Of a DNA stretch of 64,000 nt, positions 12,305 to 22,199 are shown in pieces (the stretch's first letter is position 1; each line of letters opens with the position of its first letter). The translations under genes and the position numbers were made by a program. Below the pieces are notes generated by a model. That model did no database searches and was not told the DNA's origin. It saw nothing but the letters and a program-made list of their open reading frames with translations. The stretch lies in assembly GCA_028534125.1 (NCBI GenBank), contig CM052832.1:23128001-23192000 (forward strand). Direction: 5' to 3'. Origin of the DNA: Lama glama (lineage: Eukaryota).

Positions 12305-12640
12305 TGGTTAAGAGCATGGCCTGTGGAGTCAAAATCCCAGCTCAGACTGACACATTATAACTGGCTGTATGTCAATTTAAAAAATAAATAAATAAAGGTT
12401 TAATATTTGAGAAAAAAAAAATCCCAGCTCCAGATATACTGGCTGCATGAGCCCGTCTGTAACTTGAGTTACCTGACTCGGGTTGAGTCACTTGAGCCTA
12501 AGCCTCAGATGCCCCACCTGTAAGACAGGAATGATAGTCATATCAAATGCAGAAGGGTGTTGTGGCACTAACAGAGGAAGTATGCAGTGTGCTTGGTGCA
12601 GCACCTAACACTTAGTCAGTGCTCAGATAATGTTGGCTGC
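12305..12640 (+). mobile_element. MIR SINE interrupted by a tiny L1 insertion
   Basis: GGTTAAGAGCATGGCCTGTGGAGTCA, AGCCTCAG...CCTGTAAGACAGGAATGATAG, GCACCTAACACTTAGTCAGTGCTCAGATAATG. Confidence 0.8.
12344..12417 (+). mobile_element. About 75-bp L1 3' stub with A-rich tail and 13-bp TSD
   Basis: ACTGACACATTATAACTGGCTGTATGTCAATTTAAAAAATAAA resembles the camelid L1 terminus. TSD AAAATCCCAGCTC at 12331-12343 and 12418-12430. Confidence 0.8.
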
Positions 12641-14471
12641 CCATGATTACCATGGTGGGTAATCAGCTGTTCACAGAGTGATTCCATCACTCTTGGACAC
12701 TCTCGGACACTCTCAGACAGAAGGCTGCTGTCTAAACGGGGAGGCAATTTAAGAGTAACCAGTCACTTGCCCCTTAGAGCTAGTGAGTAGGTCAGGTTCT
12801 GAAGCAGGTTTCTTCATTTCTCCTAAGCAAAGTTTTGACAAACTTAATGACAGAGACATACAAGGATGCTAACACATGGGGGCCAGAGGAGGGTAGATTT
12901 ACAAAACTGGCAGAACTAGAAGACATGCCTCAGTGACCTCGCTCTGTCATCCCTACCACTCAGTAGCTGCTTTGCTTTAATTCTCCTACCACCATCTTTT
13001 GGCTCTAGTATCACCTACCATCTCAAAACAACCACAAAGAGAAAAGACTTTCCTATTTATTCTTAAATCACAAATGAGAGGCATAAACAAATCTAATTTT
13101 CAGGAAAGCCCCAAACTGCTTCAGTAGTGTCAGCAACCCCCAGCAAAAGAGTTCTTTACAATTTCCAGGTTTGGATAGAGAAAGTTGGTTTTTACAGAAC
13201 TGCCAAAAAAAACGGGAGCTGTAAGTGGTATAAATAATACAAACATGGCAATGAAGTTATGGTTGAAACTTCAAAACAAAAAAGAACACCTTTGATGTCA
13301 ATAACAAAGGCCTTCCACTCACTGCTCCCACAAGGAGTCAAGAGTTTTCTATGGGAGCATTTGGTTCTTGATGAATGTGCAACTGCAGACCCAAATCCCT
13401 CACAAAACATTTACCTCCGGGTCACTAGAAAGCTGGTATTAATGCTTTAACCTCTTAAGAGTCAGCAAATTCAGTCTCTTTTTCATGTATGTAGCAATAT
13501 TGCTCTTTAGATACTGGAAGAAAATTTTCAAGTGGTTAAAATAAGATCCAGTAAGGAGGTAGTCTGGATGTTCAAAATTCTTCCTACCCAACATCGTCAC
13601 AGCAATCACTTTCTCTGGTTTTACAATGCTTAACTTCTCAAGTGTTACTATCTACCAGTCTCACATAAACAGAAACTATTAGCTCAAACAATATGGGCAC
13701 AGAAGTAAGTGTTCCAGAGTTGTCCAATAGCAGAGTAAAAACGAAACCCCAGTGACATGACGGGGGGAAGGGGAACTCGGCACCAGAGCTCTCAAAATAT
13801 ACACCATTCTCTTAAAGAATTCACATCACCACTTCTCTGAAATGTATTTATACAACTAGGCTTGAATTCCAAACTTTAAATTCAGGACATCTTATCACAA
13901 AGCCAGACTTAACAAGGTGATCAGATGCTGGTAATATTAAAACATCTGTATTCAGTACTTACAGAATAGAAAGGATGGTTGGCCTCTGACTACTCCCCTG
14001 TGTCAATTTGCTTTCAACTCATAGATCAGAAACCCACCCTGTTCTTCGGAAGCTCTCCAGTTTAAACGCCTCAAAAGCTACCATTTGTACACGGCAACAT
14101 CTTCTGGGTTCCAAAGACAGAACGCCTGTACCCAGTCTATGAGGCATATGGGAGCCTTCTGAAAAGCAGTCTAGGGTAATATTAGGGGGAGAGAATCTCA
14201 AACACCCAGATTTTCTCCTTCTTAGGTATTCCTCTACCTCTCAAGATTTCCCTTTGAAACATAAGGATCATGGTAAGCAGGGAACATTTTCTTATCCTGA
14301 CTGTGAAGAAAGCTCTCCAAGTTCCCTGAACTCTTTGGCCTCCTGGAAAGTTCTCGGTGCCAGCTATGTTAAATCTACAAAAAACCAACTTCTAACACAT
14401 TGACTCACCTCTGAATCATTAAAGCACAGAGGTATAGAGCTGGAAGAAACCTTCAAGAGCATATGATACTA

Positions 14472-14651
14472 CAAGTGGGAAATCCGTTTTATTATTTGCC
14501 AACACCAGTCAACTGGCAATGGCTTCCTGGCTGGCAGTGTTCAGCCAAAGTATGAGCAGCCAGAAAGTATGCTGATCTATCCATTAGCCATGCTTTCCAT
14601 GGTCACCAGTGGGTGGACTAGCAGTTTGTTTGTACTTACTTGTCATCCTAG
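14472..14651. mobile_element. MER117-like hAT-Charlie MITE within a MIR fragment
   Basis: TGCCAACACCAGTCAACTGGCAATGGCTTCCTGG, CATTAGCCATGCTTTCCATGG and the terminal ACTTGTCATCCTAG resemble MER117. MIR pieces lie on both sides. Confidence 0.5.
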
Positions 14652-14929
14652 ATCTAATTCAACCCTTGCATTTCAAAAAAAAGGGAAGAAAAATGAGACT
14701 AGGGGTTGAAAGGAATTTTCCAAGATCATGCTGCTAGAATGATAGAATTTTCAACTCTAAATCTAGTGGAGTCTACCTATTGTTCCACTATACTATTTGT
14801 TAGTCATTTGCTTTTCCATTCTTTAATGCTAGGAACTAATGTGGACAATGGTCTCCAATGCATCTTGCTGGAAAGGCAAATCATCAGTTTTGAAATCTGC
14901 ATTACAATGCTGCTGTGCAGTTTTGAAGA

Positions 14930-14962
<33 letters not shown>
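14930..14962. repeat. (AAT)11 microsatellite
   Basis: Read directly. It adjoins a MIR 3' end. Confidence 0.95.
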
Positions 14963-14963
<1 letters not shown>

Positions 14964-14964
14964 C

Positions 14965-15168
14965 TTCGTAAGTACCAAGACTGGTTCCACGTGTGTCATA
15001 TGTATTAACTTATTTAATCCTTGGAGCATTGCCATTTTACAGATGAAGAAATTGAGGTACAGACTTTAGGTAAATTTAGCAAAGTCAAAGAGAGCCAGGA
15101 AGCAGTGGAACCAAGTTTAAATGCAGAATGCATCCAGAGTACATGCTCATAACTACTGCACTAAACTG
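14965..15168 (-). mobile_element. MIR SINE
   Basis: CCATTTTACAGATGAAGAAATTGAGGTACAGA core, antisense. Confidence 0.85.
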
Positions 15169-15659
15169 GATCCCTGATCTAAGCTACGGGCAGGAGTTTA
15201 TCCTAGTCACATACAAATTGCTGGCAGTCAATTAAAGTATGATGCTTAACCAAAGAAAATACCACAAGGAGCAACCTCAATGCCTAAGTCTATTTCTTTC
15301 CCACGATCACTGGATCTGGCCTCTTACATACACTGCATCTCTCAAGTCATCAGCTTCTGTGATACTTTCCAGCTCTGGCAAACCATTCATAATCTATGCA
15401 CAACCTCTTGGCCTTGCCCAGAGTAGACTAACTGTGACACAGAACAGCTCTGGGCCCACCACCTCCACCACCTTCTTATTCCCTCAGCAGAGAAAACAGG
15501 GGCCTTACTTCTGGAACCCACTGTATTCCTGTCTACAGGAAAGAAGGGTAAGGGGCAGAAGGGGAAAAGGTCATGGAACAGAAGATATTAAAACGGCCAC
15601 CATAAAAGGAAGCGAGACAAGAGCTGCTGATATTTTCAGGACCAACTCCAACCACTACT

Positions 15660-15900
15660 CCCACTTATTCCCCTCACTCAATTCTGCAGCAACCTGGAAC
15701 ACAGACCATGTGACATGCAGTGTACCAGGCATTAGAGACAAAACGAGGAGCCACTCTCCCTTCTCTCAAGGAAATCACAAGCTCGAGTGCAGGGCAGACA
15801 CATCAGAGGATAGGTAGAGAACAACATCAGGTAGAGCTAGGTTCACACACAAACGACTTATAGGAATAGACAGGAAGCACACCTAAATCATCACAGTCTT
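15660..15900 (-). mobile_element. L2 3' fragment
   Basis: CCATGTGACATGCAGTGTACCAGGCATTAGAGACA..CCCTTCTCTCAAGGAAATCACA resembles the antisense L2 3' end. Confidence 0.55.
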
Positions 15901-16159
15901 GGGGAGTGAGGAGCCAGGATAGGCAAAGAAGTTTCCCCTGGTTCTCAGAAGTCTGCTCCTCCACCAGCCCATGTGTTTCTACCTTAAGTTTTCTCCAGTT
16001 TGGAAGCTGAGCTGGACTGGAACACAGAAGAGCCACCTGAGAAGGGAGTGTGCTCGGTGTCCCCTGTTGCTGCCAGTTCTCCACATGGGTTTCTTAGATC
16101 CAAGTACTGACCCCACCTGGACACTGACCCTTTCCATTGAGATCAGACCTCCATATTGA

Positions 16160-16370
16160 AAGACCCAGTCTTTGGAGCTCTAAATTAGAGCTTCTAGACC
16201 ATCTCTTACTTGCTGCTGACTCTGAGTTATTTAACCTTCCTCAGCCTCAGGTCTTTATTAAATAAACAAAATGTTTATTTCAAGGGTTATTATAAAGACT
16301 GCATGAGATGGAAACTTCTAAAATTACAGTGCCTGACGAAAAGGGGGTACTAATTAAATGTTAGCTTCCA
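16160..16370 (+). mobile_element. MIR SINE
   Basis: GAGTTATTTAACCTTCCTCAGCCTCAG...CAAGGGTTATTATAAAGACT...ACAGTGCCTGAC...TAAATGTTAGCT. Confidence 0.7.
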
Positions 16371-16899
16371 TCCTTTCTCAGTCCTCATCTCTAACCTCCT
16401 GTCACCATCAGGATTTCCCTGGATCTAAGGCAGCAGGGGAATCGGCTCAGGTCTGAGCAGAGGCACAGCCCGATCCTGGTGGTTCCACACAAGTTCAGGG
16501 CCACCTGACTTTGTCCTCTTCCCCTGCTAGCCTGTGACCGCAGCAACACCACCATCATCATTGCTGCCCAGATACTGATCCTGTTCGGGCTCCTCACAAC
16601 CCACGAGCTCCAAAGTAATTCATCAACCACTTCCGCTTGGCTCACTGCTGTCCCGATTGCCACTTTAACCATGCAGTAAGAGACTGACAGGAGATCATCC
16701 TGTAAAAGAGTTCTCGTTCAGCCTGCAACACAGCTAACATAACTGTACCTCAACACTGGGGTTACCAGGAGATAGCATTCATTATGAGACAACAACAGTA
16801 AATCTTTGTCGTTCTAAGTCTTTATTGTGGCATCATCTATTTTTTTTTTCATTCTCGCTTGGAAAAGCTGAGTCTATGCCTTATGAATCCAAAAACCGA

Positions 16900-17135
16900 T
16901 AGTGATAATTGACAATGAATTCAGACCTGGTGCTGATTACTTTACACGAATTATTTTATTTTTTCTCATAACAACTCAGAGTTAGGTACTATTGTTTGGC
17001 TCATTCTACCCATAACAAAACATACAACTGAAGCCCTAAGCAGCTAATTAACCAAGGTCACACAGCCAGAAAGTGGTGGAGCTGAGATTTGAACCATGAC
17101 ATCTTGACAACAAAGCCTAGCCACCACGCTGCATC
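16900..17135 (-). mobile_element. MIR SINE
   Basis: CTCATAACAACTCAGAGTTAGGTACTATT...CCAAGGTCACACAGCCAGAAAGTGGTGGAGCTGAGATTTGAACC. Confidence 0.8.
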
Positions 17136-17169
17136 CGATTCCATTTTATAAACCTAGGTTTTATAGCTA

Positions 17170-17520
17170 GGATTCATCTTTTCAACAGATACTACTGATC
17201 ATACACTACGTGCCAGTCACTGCCCTAGCACTGGTAATAACACAGAGGCATGCTGTTTTCATGCAGGTTACTTTCTATTTGGATAAACAAAGAATAAGAA
17301 GATAAATATATTTACAGTAAAAGATCAGGTAGTGATCAATAAATATGAAGGTAAGTTATTACTGTATTGCTTTTGCCTAAGGTCATTAAAAACTCTAAGG
17401 ATAAAAAAGAAAAGATCAAGTAGTGATAAATGCTATGAAGAAAAACAAAGTACAGTAAGGGGCTAGAGACGGGAAGTGCCATAGAGCCAGGGCAGACAGG
17501 TGATCACTGAGTTCAGTCCT
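17170..17520 (-). mobile_element. L2 3' fragment hosting a small TSD-flanked insertion
   Basis: TTCAACAGATACTACTGATCATACACTACGTGCCAGTCACTGCCCTAGCACTGG...GTGATAAATGCTATGAAGAAAAACAAAG. Confidence 0.75.
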
Positions 17521-19719
17521 GTGTCTTCAGGAGGGACATGTACTATTACCCCCTTCCAGTAATTAGATAATGAGGAGTTGAAAAGCTAAGTGACTTGCCC
17601 AACATCCCAGAGCTTGCAAGAGATAAGGTATAAACTAAAAGCCAAATCTCCTACTTTCTACTGCTTTTTTAGTATGCCATATTTAGTTTGTCTAATAATA
17701 CTTCAACCTGAAATTGCACTTCCATAAATGTGCATTTTTAAGCGCAGATATTCCCTGTGTACTCATTTTTCTTTGTTGGTCTCAATAAAATGAGATCATC
17801 TAATAAGAAACAGAGTGGAAAGGGAAAAAGGCATCTAAAAAAAGAAAGCCCTCTGAACTCATGAATAAGAAACTGAACTGTCCAAATTGAGGTCTCTCTC
17901 CCTCACTTTGAAATACCTTGATTAATAGCTGATAGGATGTGCTGCATTATAATATTCATGGACATGGCTCTCACAAGTAGAAATATCCTGGATCCAACAC
18001 TTCAATTACTAGGGGAAAATAAGAGCCCCCAAAATCACTACTAACAGCATTGACATAATTTCCAAGCCTTCACTTTTATTTGTTTGGGTAGTAAACAAAT
18101 GAAATTTTAGTGATAAATTGATTGCTCTGTCCTGTGCCATAAGACTACGGGCATACTAATGGGCTGAAACGCAATTATGTGGTTTTGACATGACAAATAT
18201 TAATCAGCTTAAACTCTCTGAAGACTATTTGGAAAACATGACCCAGTAGGGAGAAATAAACCCTATTCTTGTAACTGATTAAATGTCTTTATGGTTATTT
18301 TCTTCCCATGCCTATTTTTTTTTTAATATTGGCAGGAGAACAGATAATTGACAGTTGCAAATCTCAACTACAAATTGTAGTACTTAAAACAAGCAGGGAA
18401 AGACTAAACGTGTGAACTGATAAAAAATCAAACTTTGGACTGAGATTTTCCCAGATTGGACATTTGGTTAGCTAAAAATCAATCAATCAATCAATTAAAT
18501 ATCTGCCTCTCTAAAAGTACGAATGTAACAGATGTCAACTAGGGTGACCCTGCCTTTGAGATTGTGATCTCAAATCTCATTCTAACTACCTTGGGTAGCC
18601 CAGCATGCCTAAACATTTCTGGGAATTCTTGGGAGACTTAACATTTTTCCTTAATATCTTTGGTTCTAATTCTCTAAAATCCTAATAATGTCTCTCTCCT
18701 CTCTTCTCCTTTCCTCTGTACGTCAGCCTATTCATGGAATATAGCCCCTTCTTCTTGATTTTCCAAAAAGACTACTCATACAGCCATAGAAAGTAATAGA
18801 CTCTTCACTGAAAATTCATGGTAATGCTGGCAGAGAAGGTAGCACAGATCAACAGAAGAGAGGCTTCTGGTCCTCTTCTGACAAGTTCTGTAGCTATCAT
18901 CCACCACCATCACTCCGCCACCACTGCAGAATTTCTCCTGCCTTCTATTAAGACTCTCTCCATTACTAACCACACATAGACACACTTAACCTCCTCCTCC
19001 TTCCTTCTCCTCTCTACTTCACTTGCCTCTATACTCCAAATATCCTATTCAATCCTCACTCAGAGATGTTCATATAAGACCTCTCTCACTCAGTACATTT
19101 GGGCCATGAGGGCTTTCTTTCCACAACCAAAATGATCAACCCAGATATCAAGCCAAACAATGGAACTTTCCCATAAAGAAAATTCTGTGGTCAGCTGTTA
19201 AAGCAAGATATTTTTTTCTCTACACATATGACACAGCTAATATTATCTACCTTCTCAGAGGGTGGAGAAAAATTATTATCTACTTTCCACCTGCTTTTTA
19301 TCTGCAGTCACAGCCTATAACAGTTTTAGTGACTCTTCCTTCATATCCCCCCACCTACTTCCCATGCTAATTAATATTGCTACTTCACCAGCTGTGGTAT
19401 TTACATCTCAGTAAGAAAATGCTACCAATATGAACTGAAAAAAGGCTTATAAACCTCATTTGTTAAGCTGTATTGCCCAAGCTGGCAGGTCTCCAATTCA
19501 TAGCAGATTCTGTGCTTGCACAAGGCACTGGAAGTCAAAACATTGGAAGACAGATCCTATTTATCTTCAGAAACAATGTATTTCACACTAGTGGTATATT
19601 CCTGACAGGAGTCTCATTCCCAAATATTATTCAGGTACATTGAGTCAACCCTTTGATCAGGTGTAAAGAAGACATTTATATCCAGTGTTACCTAAATATA
19701 AAATACTGATTTCTATGAT

Positions 19720-20045
19720 TATTTTTCATTACAAAAATATTTTTCTGATTATAGAAACAGTATTTTTAATGTAGAAAGTGTTTTACAGAAAAGAAAAATG
19801 ACCTTCAAACTCACTACCAACAGATAACCATTGTTCACATTTTGTTATTTTCCTACAAGTCCATTTTCCCCACATATTTTTATAGATATGAGATCACCAC
19901 CGTACATGGTTTTGTGTTCTGGTCTTGGTAGTTAATATTACATGTTGAGTATTTTCCATTTGTCAACATAATTGTAATGCTGATATATTAATTCACTTAC
20001 ATACACTAATTTACAGAACTTCACCTATTGTTCAGCACTTAGATT
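19720..20045 (-). mobile_element. Ancient L1ME-like 3' fragment
   Basis: CTCACTACCAACAGATAACCATTGTTCACATTTTG...CCTATTGTTCAGCACTTAGATT. Confidence 0.55.
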
Positions 20046-20177
20046 TTATAAAATCCAAGTTAACACCTATTAAGTCAGCAGTTTGATCAACTATGGTAAA
20101 AATGTGTTTGTATGTATTTAAAATGTGTATACAAAGCCAGTTAAGTACAAAGGGCAACACAGTAAGTAATCACATAA

Positions 20178-21553
20178 CTTTTTTTCTAATTCTTTTTATT
20201 GTGGTAGAATAGCCATAACATAAAATTTACTCTTACCCATTTAAAGCGTACATTCCAGTGGTATTGAATTCATAATGTTGTGTAACCATGACCACCATCC
20301 ATCTCTGTAACTTTTTCATCTTTTTTCATCTTGTAAAACTGAAACTCTATATTCATTAAACAACAATTTCCCCATTTCTCCCTCTCCCAACCTCTGGCAA
20401 TCATCATTCTGTTTTCTATCACAATGATTTTGACTCCTTTAAATACCGTATATAAGTGTAATCACATAGTATTTGTCTGTTAGTGTCTAGTTTATTTCAC
20501 TTAGTATAATGTCCTCAAGATTATCCATGTTGTAGTATGTCAGTTTCCTTCTTGTTTAAGGCTAAATGATACTTCATTGCATGTTCCATATTTTACTTGT
20601 TGATTTGTTTGTTGATGGTCTCTGCGTTGCTTCCACATTTTAGCCAGTGTGAATACTGCTGCTGAGAACATGGGCATGTAAATATCTCTTCAAGATCCTG
20701 CTTTCAATTTGCGGGTGTATGTACCCAGAGTGGAACTGCTGAGTCATATGGTAATCATATTTTTAATTTTTGAGGAACTGTCATACAGTTTTCCATAGCA
20801 GCTGTACCATTGTACACCCCCGCCAACATTGCTCAAGGGTTCCAATTTCTCCATATCCCAGCCATCACTTGCTATTTTCCAGTTTTGTTGTTGTTGTTGT
20901 TAATAGCCATTCTAATGGGTTTGAGGTGGTATCTCACTGTAGTTTTAATTTGCATTTCCTGCATGATTAGTGCTTTGAGCATCTTTTCATGTGCTACTGA
21001 CCATTTTTACATCTTCTTAGAGAAATACCTGTCAAGTCCTTTGCCAATTTTTGAATGGAGTTGTTTATTTTTATTGCTGTTTTTGAATTTTAGAAATTCT
21101 TTATTTATTCTGGCTATTAATCCCTTATCAGATACACAATTTGCAAATATTTTTTCCCATTCTATGGGTTGCCTTTTTACTCTGTTGACATTGTCTTGTT
21201 TTTTTTTTCCTAATTTTTTTATTGGAAGTCCTGGGGATTGAACCCAGGACCTCATGCATGCTAAGCATGCGCTCTACCACTGAACTATACCCACGCCCCA
21301 CTGACATTGTCTTTTGATGCACAAAAATTTTTGATTTCCCTAAAGAACACATTGCCTATTTTTCCTTTTGTTTCCTATGCCTTTGGTGTCATATCCAAGG
21401 AATCACTGCCAAATCCAATGTAGTAAAACTTTGGCACCATGTTTTTTTCTAAGAGTTTCACAGCTTTGAATCTTACACTTAGGTCTTTGATTCTTTTTGA
21501 GTTAATTTTTGTATACGGTGTTAGGTGAGAGTCCAATTTCACTCTTTTGCATG
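20178..21553 (-). mobile_element. 5'-truncated L1 (L1MB3-like): ORF2 C-terminal region plus 3'UTR
   Basis: Antisense 3'UTR (CATCTTGTAAAACTGAAACTCTATATTCATTAAACAAC). ORF-track peptides VKRQPIEWEKIFANCVSDKGLIARI and LTPYTKINSKRIKDL are L1 ORF2 fragments. Confidence 0.93.
21198..21299 (-). mobile_element. tRNA-Ala(AGC)-derived camelid SINE (vic-1-type) nested in L1
   Basis: Reverse complement reads GGGGCGTGGGTATAGTTCAGTGGTAGAGCGCATGCTTAGCATGCATGAGGTCCTGGGTTCAATCCCCAGG plus an A-rich tail. TSD TGACATTGTCTT at 21186-21197 and 21302-21313. Confidence 0.92.
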
Positions 21554-22199
21554 AGTCACATAACTTTTTACAGAATTTCTTTAGCCTAGATGAAAACAGA
21601 GTTTTCAAGTTACATAGAACTGAGCCAGCCTCGAAGCAGCTTATATGTGAAGATGGGAAACAGAGACACATCCACTTCTACCCTCAACCCCATCCCTAAT
21701 ACCCATACTAAAACCAAACATAGCAAGAATAGGAGTAGAAAGATTCTAAGACCTAAAGGAAGAAAAATAGGATACTTTCCAAAGGTGTATGTCAACAGTA
21801 GATTGTTCAAGCTACATGGTTTCCATTCTACCTACTCAAAGTACCATAAATGATTCCATGTGTGAACATATAGAAACTGATTCATGATGCACTGGAACTA
21901 GCCATATGCTGTATATGTATATATGATGTCATTTCCTCCACTAATTAATCTTTGCCTCCCAAATGCATGATTTTAATTATGTTTCCACAACTATACTCAT
22001 TAAAATGCCAACATCCATTGTATTCTCATCTTCCCGAGATTTTCTGTTTGGATTATCATCTAAGGGAAAACCAACTGCCTCACAGTTTAACCTATTCCAT
22101 TTAAACCATGCCCAGTGTGTACCCATAGCACCATTCTAGTCACTCTATGACTTTTAAAGCTGGAGCATATAGGAAATGTTATGGTGTAGATAGTATCTC

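Noticed and set aside
15239..15817. Longest real ORF (192 aa)
   Set aside because: No recognisable domain, its 3' part overlaps an antisense L2 fragment, and there is no splice or codon-bias support. Likely a chance ORF.
21225..21299. Apparent tRNA-Ala gene (also 56052-56127)
   Set aside because: TSDs, A-rich or extra 3' sequence and a disrupted acceptor stem identify them as tRNA-derived SINEs.
20770..21671. Cluster of ORFs of 66-143 aa
   Set aside because: Sense and antisense fragments of a dead L1 ORF2 and the nested SINE, not host genes.
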